Source: Azolla caroliniana (taxonomy: Eukaryota; Plantae; Polypodiophyta). From it: a stretch of DNA of 64,000 nucleotides. This document shows, piece by piece, positions 12,896 through 24,752 of the stretch; the stretch's first letter is position 1; every line of letters starts with the position of its first letter. Made by a program: the position numbers and the translations under genes. The stretch covers positions 24,304,001 through 24,368,000 of the forward strand of contig JBHGNT010000001.1 of NCBI GenBank assembly GCA_043228905.1, given 5' to 3'. The notes under the pieces are model-generated. The model did not search any database and had not been told where the DNA came from. It saw only the letters and a program-made list of their open reading frames with translations.

Positions 12896-15800
12896 CAACG
12901 CATAATGGCGTTGAGAAAGCAATATGCCGTCGGGGGTGCGGATCACCTCGATCCCCAAAAAATAATGAAGGTCCCCCAAGTCCTTCATATCGAATGCGTC
13001 CGACAACTGGAACTTCACGCGGTTGATTTCCGGAAGACCAGGGCCGGTGATGACTAAATCATCAACATAGAGTAAGATACATACCGGACAGTTTGAGCCT
13101 TGACCAATGAACAGGGAAGAGTCCAACTTAGAGGCAACAAACCCCATCTTTCGCAACCGGTGCGTGATCTTAGCAATCCAAGCACGGGGGCCTTGGTTCA
13201 AGCCATACAACGACTTCCTCAGCCGGCATACCGCCAACTTGTTCACCTCCAACTGAAATCCGGGGGGCTGAGTCATAAAGACTTCTTCTTCAAGATCTCC
13301 TTGAAGGAAGGTATTCTTCACATCCATTTGATGAAGATGCCACCCCCTTGCCGCAGCAACTGCCAGTACCACACGAACCGTCGTCATCTTCGCTACAAGA
13401 GCGAAGGTCTCGTCGTAGTCGATTCTGTGGGTCTGCGCATATACCTTTGCCACTAACCGGGCCTTGTACCGGTTAACTGTATCGTCGGCATTGTACTTTA
13501 TCTTGTACACCCACTTGCATCTGATTGGTTTACAGTGACGGGGAGGGTCAACTAGGTCCCAAGTTCCGTTGGCATCCAGTGCCCGCATTTCTTCCTCCAT
13601 AGCGGCACGCCAGTTTGCGTCCTTTGCCGCTTCTGCGTAGCTCTCCGGCTCACGCACTTCCGCGACCTTGGTCATGTATGCATAATGATGCGCCATGTAC
13701 TCGTTATACCCGTACCGTTTAACGGGATCCTTCTAGCGGGTGGACCGGCGTAACTCACCGTTACCCGGTATGAGACCCTTCTTGGCCGGTTCAGTCTTCG
13801 TTCCTGAAGATCTGCCTATGTCCTTGCCGAAGTCAGATACGCACCGATCCGACTCATCATTGCCGGCATCTTCTGCTTCCCTTTCTCTTTGTGTGTGAAC
13901 CATCTCCCCGGTTCCTTGCGTGGGGAGAGCACGACAGAGTCTCCACTACTCGCGGTTTCATCATCCGACTGGTTGGACTAATCCAGTCTCTCATTCGGTC
14001 TGCTTAACCAGAACGATTCCGGACTCTCATCTTGAGTCTCGACTTCATCTTTCTTTACCTGGGCCGGTTCGGGCTCACTAGCCCCATCCTCCGACATCAG
14101 GTTGGGATCGGAAGTCGGAGTCGGTAAGGAATACCACGATACCGATTCATCAAACTCGACATCTCGGCTGACTCGAACCTGCTTCGTCCCGGGGTTATAA
14201 CACTTATACCCCTTTTGTTCTTGAGCATAGCTGACTAGGATACATTTTTCCGATTTTGCATCTAACTTTCTCCGCTTCTCATCCGGCACATGTACATAGG
14301 CTATGCTGCCGAATATCCAGAGGTGTCTCAAATTCGGCTTGTGCCCGAAATACAGCTCGTGAGCTGACACCTTGTCCCCGATCCGCTTCTGGATGTAAAC
14401 GGCCGTTTCGACCGCCTCCGCCCAGTAGAACTTGGGCATGCTCTTTTCCTCCAGCATTGCCCTAGCCGCGTCAATCAGCGACCGATTCTTCCTTTCGGCC
14501 ACACCGTTCTGTTGCGGTGTGTATCTGCAGCTGAATTCTCGCCGAATTCCTTTTTGTTGCAGATAGTTGTTGAATTGGCCGGAAAAGTACTCTTGTCCGC
14601 CATCCGACCGTAGGCATTTGATCTTCCTCTCCGATTACCGTTCCACCATCTTCTAGAGGCTCCGGAAACACTCGAAGACCTCGCTCTTCCGCTCAATGAG
14701 GTAGATCCACGTATGCTGCGTGTAGTCGTCGATGAAGGAGATGAAATATCGACTCCCGCCAATGTTAACATTTTGTGCCGGTCCCCACACATCCGAATGG
14801 ATAAGATCGAGCTTGTTACGGCTTCGATTTCTTTCGGTGGGGAATGGAAGCCAGTGTTGCTTCCCGAGTTGGCCGGCTTCACAAATTTGGGCTCTCTGGC
14901 CGCTAAACTTTGGCAAACCGAAAACGACTTGTTCCGTTTGCAGGTCTTGAAGCCTTCGGTAGTTGACGTGGCCAATCCGCTTGTGCCACAGGTCGATATC
15001 CGACTCGACCTTCTGTCCTTTGGCGAACAGTGCGGTGCCGACGTTATTGGTGTTGAGGATAAACATCCTCCCATCTCTGCGCCCTTGCGCAATAACTTCG
15101 CCCTCATCCTTAATGAAGCACCCGAGGTGCGTAAACCGCACCTGCATCCCCTGGTCAATGATCTGTCCGAACAACACCAGGTTCTTCGTGATCGTTGGAA
15201 CATGTAATACATTCATCAACTTCCCCCTCTGTCCGACGTGGCTCAAAGGGACTTCTTCGACGTGCACGATTGGGTGGGGAGTGTCGTCTCCGGTTTCGAC
15301 ACTCCCGGTTGATCCGGCTTCTCCAAAAAGGAGAACCACTCCTCGTGGCTCGTCATGTGGTTCGATGCGCCGGAGTCAACGTACCACACTTCCTCCAATT
15401 TGGAAGTGGTCTTCTTCATTGAGTTTGCCTTGTGCTTCATCACCAAGGCTGGCCCCTTACCGTTCTTGGATCCTCCCGATCCGTTTGTGTAGTGCGAGCT
15501 TTGCCGGCCTTCCTTACCGGTCTTGCCGGATCCGGATTTGTCTGAATCGGCACGCTTTCGCCAGCACTCGCTTTCCCTGTGGCCCTTTTTGCCACAGTAC
15601 CAGCATTCCGTAGCGGATTTGTCTTGTCGGCCTCCGGCACCACCTTGACTCCCCCTGCTTGTGGAATTCCCGGAACTACTGTCGGCACGCTCACTGTGCC
15701 TTCGTTCCTGCTCTTGCAGGCCGCCTCCATTGCGTGCCGATCTGCCTCGTCCACCATGCCCACGGGACCGATCCACTCCCATGTACAACATCTGGCTGTC

Positions 15801-16397
15801 TAGGGATGCACTAGTAGATGCACCGGCGTGGTTCTCTTCTACAAGGAGCATCGACTGTAAGTCGAAAAATGAGGGCGTATTCTCCCTTGTACAAACCGCA
15901 GTCCGGAAACCTCCGAACTTGGACGCCAGGCCTCCAAGACAGACCTGCACCATCTCGTCTTCCTCTACGATGACGTTAATAGAGGCAAGCGAGTCACAGA
16001 TCCCTTTGATCCGGTCTGTGTAATTTGCCACCGACATGTTCTTCTGTCGAACATTGCTCAACTCTTGTCTGAATTGCAGCTTCCGGGCAGTTGTGCTTGC
16101 GGCAAAGACCTTTTTCAAGTTTCCCCAAGCATCCTTCGGTGTCTTGGTGTCACGGATATGGCTTAGCAACTGGTCACCGACACTGGACGCGAAGTAGTAC
16201 ATCACCCTGCTTACCGCCTGTTCCCACACTGGAAAGTCCTTGTGTGTCGTCTCCGGTGCTGAGTCGTTCAACCCGTCGACATAACTCCAGTAGCCATGCC
16301 CAAGCAGGTTCTGGTGCATCTTGTATGACCAAGATGTGTAGTTGGTTCTGTCGAGCTTCTCCACCGGGAGCGACGTAGCCATACCTCTGTCCATTTC
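12896..16397 (-). pseudogene. Copia-A gag, PR, INT and RT N-terminal part
   Basis: CWYCGKKGHRESEC; WYVDSGASNHMT; LWHKRIGH; IHSDVWGP; AERKNRSL; ILLYVDDLVI; joins in frame (YALNI|LYKFGM) across Copia-B1. Confidence 0.93.
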
Positions 16398-16863
16398 TCC
16401 TTTTGTGTCTGTTTTCCGATCTGTTAGGGTTTCCTTCACAAGCGTAGATGTCTGCAGCAGAGGTTCTCAACCCATGTAAGAGAGAGAGAGTACGCGGGAG
16501 AGAGAGAGAGAGAGAGCAGGACACACTATTCTTCAAAATTATATGAATACTCTGTGCTCTGTGTGTATCTACAACGCGCTCATCAGCGCTATTTATACAA
16601 GTCCACATGGGACTGTTAGAAGTACGGTGTACTTCAATGCTCACACGAGCATCTGACACTAACTACGAGACTATAACTGCCTAGTAGTCTAACCTATACT
16701 AGGGTTCCGATTACGGATTGGATCCGGCATACCGGCTCCCCAGCTCACCGGTCCTTACTGCTTACTGGCTCGGTTGGTCACTGGCATACCGATTCATCTC
16801 GCTTACCGGCTCAGGCTTATTCAGCCGATCCGGCTCCGGTTGAGCTTGCCGCTCAACATGCCT

Positions 16864-17564
16864 TGTTGCATGCCTGCTCCTTGCTGTCATGACGCACCAT
16901 CGCGCGTTACCTTCCCTTTACGTTTCGCGGCCCACTCCTCATCCTATCTTCGGCATACTCGTTCGACTTTCGACCAATCCTCGGTAAGGCCATTCGCTCC
17001 GTCATCGTCTTCAAGCTCAATTCCAATGGCCTCCCGCTCCGCTCGGTTGATCGACCTAACGAATAATAGGACTTTTTCCACTCCCACCAGTCTTTGTTCC
17101 CGCTCTGGGAGCCGAGTAAATCGCCGCTCGAACTCCCAGAATGCCTTCGTTGCACCTCGGTGCGTCTTCGCCGATGCAACCCACTGGTCGAAGTCATGCC
17201 ATCCCCGGCTCTTCGGCCTTCCTCCGTACGCTTGTAGGAGCGCCTCTTCGAAGGCCTCCCACAAACTATGAGCTACTTAGAACTCCTTCACTTCCGCATG
17301 CATATGGACGGCGACGACCTGACAAAAGAACTCCAGCCTCAACGCCTCGTCCACGGGTCGCACCTCCATTTCTGCTTTGTAGGTTTCCAAGTAGAATGGG
17401 ACTTTGTCCCCATTGAAACGGCCAACTCTTTCCACCACTCGCTCAATAGTTTGCTGCGACGCTTCCCGTCTCATCGTCACTCGTCCGAACTCCATCACCA
17501 CTTTGGCCACCATCTCCGCGAAGTCTTCGTCTTCCAACTCCATCCTCCCTTGCCTCCCTTTCAC
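16864..17564 (-). pseudogene. Gag-like ORF of Gypsy-1
   Basis: GRFNGDKVPFYLETYKAEM.. and IELEDDDGANGLTEDWSKVERVC are homologous to the gag of Gypsy-2/3/4 (GQFNGRDITSYLDAYKAEM; LLEDDTQANGLVADWIAVKRAC). Confidence 0.8.
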
Positions 17565-17577
17565 GTCGGGTTCACCA
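17561..17577 (-). promoter_or_regulatory. Primer-binding site, tRNA-Trp
   Basis: Plus strand TCACGTCGGGTTCACCA matches the 3' end of plant cytosolic tRNA-Trp as I recall it; degenerate copies at 44376-44392 and about 63260-63273. Confidence 0.85.
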
Positions 17578-17581
17578 AAGA

Positions 17582-18408
17582 TGTCGCAGAAATCTGCGAG
17601 TAAGTGTTAGATCCGGGGCAGGACGATAGGGGTCTTGAACCTGAGAGAGATGGAGCATATAAGGTTGAGCTTCACCGTTTCCGGCGACCGGCCAGGACTC
17701 CTACCAAAGCGTTTCCGAATATGTACCGGGAGGAACCAAATAAGAGAGGTAAAGGGACACATGCGCAACACCGACTAGACAGACACTTCCTATGTACAGA
17801 AACCGGGAAGAAAGAACTCCAAAGACACCGACACATACACAGATGCATAGAACTTCACTATATATGTACAAGAGCAAGATACAACTCCGACTTTGAGCCA
17901 GACCAAGGTGGATTAGGTTACATCAGCGTTCTGCTGCCAAGCTACCGGTCGGGGAGCTCACGGGCTCATCGTGCCGAGCGGGATCTTGCACAGAAGACCG
18001 AATGGAAGCAAAACCCCCTAGGACATATGAGCTCTCAACCGGACTAAACCCTAAACAGACACGAAGAAGAAGACCTCCAAGAAACTCTAAAAGTAAGAAG
18101 AAGAAGAAAGCTACCTAACCCTAGACTACCATACCTTAGACCTAATGGTATACCCTCCTAACTCAAAATAGGCAACCGTTTTACGAGGGACCTTCCCTTC
18201 CTTTTATAGTACAAGGATGGAGGTGCGTAACAATGTGGAATAAATCCCGTATTACATGGGATTCTCTGTCCCAACTTAACCCCTATTCGGCGCCATAAAG
18301 CACCCCTATTACTCACACATTTTATATAAGGGTAAGTGCACATGATGCACTTCGCCGATGCCACTAACTTCTCTGGTTTTCTCACTATGGTCGTGAATCT
18401 TCACGACA
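17582..18408 (-). repeat. 5' LTR of Gypsy-1
   Basis: TGTCG...CGACA termini; homologous to 2218-3049; PBS adjacent. Confidence 0.92.
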
Positions 18409-18489
18409 TCTGCCCCCACCAAACCGCACGTCCACCGGTACATGCAAAATCCGAAGAAGTGTGAGAGATTCCAGCCATAGTGAGAGACA

Positions 18490-20404
18490 ACGTTTCACTC
18501 CAGATATGGGCACTTCGAGTATTCGGTCATACCATTCGGCTTTCCACTCACGGAAGTTTGACGCCGCCGAAATCAACTATGAAATTTGCGATAAAGAGCT
18601 ATTAGCAATAGTGGACTCTTTAACGCAATGTAGGCATTTCCTAGAGGGATCTTCTCATCAAGTTACTGTATTCAGTGATCACAAAAATCTTGCCTACTTC
18701 CAGAATGTTCGTGTACTAAATCGATGACAAGCTTGTTGGGCCCAATTCGTCACTCATTTCAACTTCAAAATTATATATCGCCCTGGGAAGTAGCAAGGGA
18801 AGGCAGATGCATTATCATGTCGCTTGTATCTAGCACGACGTCCTGGTGAGCTTGCATTCAACAACCAAAAGCAAGTAATCCTGGGACCGGCACGACTGCA
18901 AGCAACGCGGGTATTCGATATGCCATTGGACTCCCACATTATCAACAGCATACGTGAGGACTTGAAGACAGATGCTTTTGCTCAAGCCATTCTAACACAA
19001 ATTGATCTCTCTTGGGCATCTTGTTCATAGTCGCAAGAACCAGGTACGGATTATTGACAATTCGAATGTCATGATGGATTACTATTCTTTAAGAAGCTCT
19101 TGTATGTTTCTAATGGTTCTTGTCGCCTTTGAGTAGTCCAAATTGGTCATGACACATATATAGTTGGGCATTTTGGTAGTACTAAAATGTTAGATTTGGT
19201 ACAATGATCATTTTGGTGGCCTCATATGCGACGATTTGTTGAAGATTATGTCTGGACCTGTGATACATGTTGCAGAGCAAAGATGCCAAGACATCATCTG
19301 TATGATTTATTGGAACCATTACCAATTCCACGCAAGCCGTGGCAATCCATTGCTCTAGATTTCATCACAGGTCTTCCAATTTCTAAGGGATTTGATGTGA
19401 TCTTAACAGTAGTAGATTGATATACGAAGATGGCCCATTTCCTTCCATGTACTAAGGAAAGCACTAGTGAAGAAACTGTCGAAACCGTCATGCGTGAGGT
19501 ATGTCAGCATCATGGCCTCCCTGATAGTATCATCAACGACCGTGAACCGCAGTTCGTCTCGAAATTATGGAAGCACCTTTTCCAAATGGTCAACGTCACT
19601 TGTAACCTCTCCTCTAGCCACCACCTGCAAACAAACGGACAAGCAGAACGAACAAATCAAATGCTGGAACAATACCTTCGGTGCTTTCTAACCTATGACC
19701 ATGATGACTGGGCAGATATTCTCCACTTCGCCGAATTTGCGTATAATAACTCTGTCCGCTCATCGACTAAGGTTACACCGTTTTATGCTTATATGGGCTA
19801 TCATCCTCGGTGGTGTGTATTCAAAATTCCAAAGTTATCCACAAATCCTTGTGTAGAGGATTGTTTGGAGCGGCTACACAAGATACATGCGGATTTATCT
19901 ACTCATCTACAACAAGCTCAACAAACACAAAACGATTATACGAATCGTCATCGGCTTCCATCCAGTTTTAACATTGGAGATCGGGTATGGCTATTACGAC
20001 TACCAATCAAGACTACTCGCCCATGCGAGAAGTTGGATTATCAACGATTAGGTCATTTCCGTATTATCAGAAAAATTAATGATGTCATTTTTCATCTCGA
20101 TCTACCTCCGCAACTATGGATACATCCGGTGTTTCATAGTTCTCTCCTAGAACCCTATCAGGACAGCACCATCCCAGGTCGTATTAAACAACCTCCACCC
20201 CCGATCGAACTTGAAGATGGACTTGAGTACAAGGTTGTGGCCATCCTCGATTCCAAGATTGTTCGCAACAAGCTCTACTATTTGGTTGATTGGCTAGGAT
20301 ATAGTCCCAACGAGCGTAGTTGGGAACTAATAGAGAATGTGACCAATGCTCGTGCTCTTCTTGAAGACTTCCATCATCAATATCCAGACAAACCGGGTCC
20401 TTAA
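18490..20404 (+). pseudogene. Chromovirus pol, 3' part: RT stub, RNase H, integrase, chromodomain
   Basis: RYGHFEYSVIPFG fused by deletion to FHSRKF..NYEICDKELLAIV..SDHKNL; PWQSIALDFITGLP; HPVFHSSLLEPY; EYKVVAILDSK..YYLVDWLGYSPNERSWE chromodomain. Confidence 0.93.
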
Positions 20405-20447
20405 TCCAAAACGACTCATGACACTCTTCGTTTTAAAGGGGGGATAG

Positions 20448-20850
20448 TGTCATGATCTAGCAAGATTCAAACCCATGACCTTATGTTACATGGATCGAGC
20501 TCTTGCCATTAGACTATTTATTGTAATACGAAAGATATTACTTTAATTTAACTTTTACTATAGAAAATTGATATATATTCTAGATTGCTCTAGAACATTC
20601 TAGAAACTTCAGGAGTACTCCTAACAACACTATAAAAGGAGGCACAAGGCATTATTTCGAACCAAATGGGTTCAATGCCAGTTTTAAGCCTCAAAGCTAT
20701 TCTTGTACTTACTCTTCATATAATATAATATATCTTTTGTTATCATCATTCTCTCTCTCTCTCGTGAGTTCTATACCCTTTTCTCTCTCTTAGTACTAAT
20801 TCACATCTTTTAGTACTAATTCCCTCTTTGTCTTAGTATTGTTCCTGACA
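20448..20850 (+). repeat. 3' LTR of chromovirus
   Basis: Follows PPT AAAGGGGGGATAG; TGTCA...TGACA; TATAAAAGG at 20631. Confidence 0.88.
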
Positions 20851-22205
20851 TTGGGAGTTAATGTAGGGGCTCATTGGTGAGCATTGAAGTACGAGTCAGT
20901 ACTTCTTGGTGGTCCATCAATGTCACGGTGGATGAAGACGAAATGGTACAGATCTACCTTGGTGGTCTAGTGCAAAGGTACGAGCCTACCCAGACGGCTA
21001 TTTGCACTCGGGAGAAACCACTGTCCTTCTTCAACCTGCAATTAATTCTAATGGTCGAAGAAAATCACCCGAGTGGGTGAAGGACCACTCAATCGGACAG
21101 TCGGATGTTGTACACAGAGGCGGATCGGCCCTGTGGGAGTGAAGGACAAGGTGGGTCGGCACATGGTGGAAGCGGTTGACAAGAGCAGAACCAGAGGCAC
21201 AATGATGGTGTCGACAACAGTTCTGGTCCCTCCAAAAGTAGGGGGAGCCTGAAAGAGAAGACCACAACAGAATGTTGGTACTATGGCTGGAAGGACCACA
21301 GAGACAGCGAGTGCTGGAAGAAGCGTGCCGATCCGGACAAATCCGGATCAGGCAAGGCTAGTCAGGGAAACCAGCAAAGCTCGCACTATGCGGAGGGACC
21401 GGACGGGGATGGATTCGGCCCAACCTTTGTGATGAAACACAAGGCCAATTCGATGAAGACAAGCACCTCGAAACCAAATAAAGTATGGTATGTTGATTCC
21501 GAAGTGTCAAACCATATGACAAGCCACGCGGAGTGACTTTCTTATCTAGAAAAATCGGAACAACCGGGGGTGGTTGAAACCGGAAACGACACCCCACATA
21601 TCATTGACCATGTTAGTGACGTCCCCCTTAGCCATGTTGGGCAGAAGGGAAAGCTGATGAACGTCCTTCACGTCTCGACAATAACAAAGAATTTGGTGTC
21701 GATCGGATAGATCATCAACCAGGGAATGCAAGTGCGATTCACGCATCTCGGGTGCTTCATTGAGGATGAGGGCCAAATTATCGTGCAATGACGCAAAGAC
21801 GGGAGGATGTTCATCCTCGACACCAATGACGTTGGGACTACTTTATTCATGAAAGGACAAAAAGTCGAGTCAGATATCGACTTATGGCATAAGAGGATGG
21901 GCAACGTCAACTACAAGAGGTTGCCATAAGGCCCCAATTTGTAAAGCCTACCAGCTAGGGAAGCAACACCGACTTTCTTTCCCAAACAAACGTAACTGGA
22001 GTCGAAATACACTCAACTTGATGCACTCAGATGTATCGAAACCAGCACAGAATGTAAGTCTTGGTGGGAATCGATATTTCGTCTCCTTCGTCGACGACTA
22101 CAACCGGCACACATGGATCTACCTCATCAAAAAGAAGAGTGAAGTCTTCGACTATTTCCAAAACCTGAAAAATCTTGTTGAAAGGGAAACATAGAGGAAG
22201 ATCAA
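20851..22205 (+). mobile_element. Copia-A-family fragment: LTR piece fused to mid-gag, PR and integrase start
   Basis: 20851-20905 matches Copia-A LTR sequence at about 38849 and 45191; then SINVTVDEDEMVQIYLGGL and other segments homologous to 14650-15990. Confidence 0.85.
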
Positions 22206-22739
22206 CTACATGCCCATAAGGGGTTTATATAAGGGATATATTGATTACATGCCCATAAGGGGTTTATATAATACATCCAATGTAACGTTTACATGACCTT
22301 TATAAATAAGACCGTTACACATTCTTGTACACATGCACATAATTGGGCATGTGTCCATACACATACTCATCCTCACACACTCATTTACTTTACACATACA
22401 CATCAACCACATCATTACACCTACTCTTATGCCTCCCCTTATATTCTTACGATTAACACATGGCACGCATGTGGGATAGTGCATTGCATGGTGAACCCAC
22501 TCGCCATGGCAACTCTTCTCGACCGGAAATCCATCGGTCGGAAATCCCTCGATCGGATCATTGCTCTGCGATCAATAACTTCGATCGGAGCTTTGCTTGA
22601 CTCGAACCTTCTCGTTCGGTGAGCACAAGTCGCGATTGTATCATACACCAATTGGCTAGTTCAATGTGGCATGGGTTGTGAAAACGTGTTGTGCGTTTGT
22701 GTATTCCTTCTTTCATCATGTGAGTTGTGTTTTTGAAAT

Positions 22740-22960
22740 TTTATGTCCTACCCCTCAGGTTCTTTTTCTAAAATTATATTAAGTACCCTCTAGTTTTACA
22801 ATCTCGTGTCGTGCCATTCCAAATTTTGCTTGTGTGCCGTTGAGTTTTTGAAATTTCGTATTGTGCCCTTCTGCTTTTGAAATTTTCTCTTCTACCCTCG
22901 AGCTTTTGAAATTCGAGTGTGTGCCCTCGAGTTCTTGTAATTTTCTTCTCTGGCCCTTTC
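22740..22960. repeat. Degenerate ~28-bp repeats (TGTGCCCTCGAGTTTTGAAATT-like), resembling MULE/foldback subterminal arrays
   Basis: Six to seven imperfect copies of GTRCCC..TTTT.AAAT; no partner end found in the window. Confidence 0.45.
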
Positions 22961-23147
22961 TCTTTTCGCTTTCCAATTCTTCAATTCGTATTCCAACCTT
23001 TCGATTCTAGCGGATGGTGGCGGCGGTGATGATTGCCGCAACGGCGGTTGTGGTGGTGGTGGCAATGATGGCGGCGGAGGTGGCGACAATTGTTTAGACC
23101 ATTCGCATCTCCTCGATGGATATCAGGCCATGTATTTCGATATTGCT

Positions 23148-23240
23148 TAGGCCTCTTCCAGCTGGTCTATCTCCATTCATGCTTACTCTGAGATTTCTTT
23201 CCTCCACATTCGTGCCATCTAGCTTGTTGAGGGCCTCACT
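23148..23240 (-). pseudogene. Captured fragment: C-terminal end of an RRM domain (chloroplast/glycine-rich RNA-binding protein type)
   Basis: Minus-strand translation SEALNKLDGTNVEERNLRVSMNGDRPAGRG. Confidence 0.6.
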
Positions 23241-24145
23241 CTTCCGGAAGTCATCTACGAACTACTCCTTGACTCAGCATACAGTGCAGGTTCATTACCA
23301 ATTATGCGTGCAGAATCTCGATGCCCTCTCATATCGCCTACTTCATGGTAAGAAGAGCCCTCAATCCCTATCCATATCAAACCTTGTAGTTTCATTATAA
23401 ACTACTTGATCACCAGCTGAATCTCTTTCTCCATCAAATTGTTTTTGACCATAATCACTCGATGAATGGAGCTCATTTGAAGGGCTAAGAATACGGGAAT
23501 TCCACCTACCAGAGGACACTTTCTCTAATGCACTCGCTTGTGGACTAATTCTCGATCAAGGTGTGAGAACCCTCCCATCTCCACCGGATTCATTATATGC
23601 AGGTGGAGAACATCTGTTAGATTCAACATTCCTGGCAATCCACACATTTTGTACACTTGTGCCAGAGCTCAAGGATTGTTCCTGGCCACCATATGTAGAA
23701 CGAGATTGAATTATTTTTTGAACCTCCTCAAATTGTGTCCTTGGAGGAGCTACAGGTGCCGAAGTCATGCCTTCATTCGGATATCTATCAGCTTTTTGAT
23801 CTGCTATATACTTAGATGATGTGTATCTTGATCTATTTTCCGAATTGATGCTTTCAGAAGGCCTCTCAAATGGAATTTGTCTATGTTCATACATCATATC
23901 TTCAAAAGATTCTACACCTTGACCTCGACGACTGATCAAGATGGGGTTCTGTAGTAAGCAGAGGAAGAATCAGAGAAGACTGAGTAGTATCAGGCCGATG
24001 CAGGATCAAGGATGTTGTATCCATCTTCTCTCACTTCTTCTTCCTGCTCTGCGGGCAGCTATCTTCTTCTTGGCTTCTCATCTGCCTTCTTTCTTCTTCC
24101 TCCTTACGTCTCCTACTTCTGTTCTTCTCTCCTTTTGCCTCCTTA

Positions 24146-24590
24146 GCGCTGGACTATTGGTATGGCGCTCGTCTCATTAGTGACGGTCTCATCTCCTCTA
24201 TTGACATGTTCAGGACCTTCTTCATTCTCGTGAGCACAGGGAAAGTCATCGCTGAAGACGGTATCATGACCTCCGACATAGCCAAAGGCGGAGTTGCAGT
24301 GTGCTGTCTTTGAGATTCTTCATGGATCAACGAAATAAGGCCAGATGATTACAATGGAGATCAAGCAGAGTATCTGGAAGGCGACATTATCCTCCGTAAT
24401 GTAGACTTCGCCTACCCACAGAGGCTTGAGTTTTTGGTGTTCCAAGACCTTAGCCTCCATATCCATCCCGGACAGAGCATGACACTGGTGGGTCACAGAG
24501 GCTCTGGAAAATCCACCATCATCAGCCAAATCGAGTGGTTTTTACAATCCCATCAGAGGGAAAGTGCATATTGACAGGAAAGATGTCCGA
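24146..24590 (+). pseudogene. Captured fragment of a full-size ABCB (MDR/PGP) transporter: end of TMD2 and start of NBD2
   Basis: ALDYWYGARLISDG..FRTFFILVSTGKVIAE..TSDIAKG; GDIILRNVDFAYPQR..LVGHRGSGKSTII (Walker A)..YNPIRGKVHID; frameshifted. Confidence 0.9.
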
Positions 24591-24651
24591 CAGCCTCCCA
24601 TATCTAAGATTAGCAGCGAGCTCATTCGATTCTCTTGGTGTTTTGAACAAT

Positions 24652-24752
24652 GCATAGGGATCAAGGCTTAATCCACCAACATTTGTTGCTTCATAGACTC
24701 CACAAAGACATCAGCTTGAATATTTGAACAAGAAGAGTGGCATCCCTCGCCA
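24652..24752 (-). pseudogene. Captured fragment of a DCD (development and cell death) domain gene
   Basis: GMPLFLFKYSS*CLCGVYEATNVGGLSLDPYA. Confidence 0.7.

Larger units (their letters stand above)
5687..16858 (-). mobile_element. Copia-A full-length degenerate Ty1/Copia element
   Basis: LTRs 5687-6152 and 16475-16858; TSD GGCCT/TGCCT; PPT TTGAGGGGGAG at 6153-6163; degenerate Met PBS at 16462-16474; gag-PR-INT-RT-RH order. Confidence 0.93.
2218..18489 (-). mobile_element. Gypsy-1: non-autonomous tRNA-Trp-primed LTR element (gag-like ORF, no pol), inserted in the chromovirus RT
   Basis: LTRs 2218-3049 and 17582-18408; PPT at 3050-3066 and PBS at 17561-17577 on minus strand; ACGT on both flanks (2214-2217, 18490-18493); removal restores host EWKTTFHSRYGHFEY. 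Confidence 0.88.

Noticed and set aside
22245-22700. LTR with Trp PBS (TGGTGAACCC at about 22489)
   Set aside because: Only a 10-nt match, with no gag downstream and no defined termini
24146-24590. Intact host ABCB gene
   Set aside because: 445-bp frameshifted fragment abutting unrelated fragments
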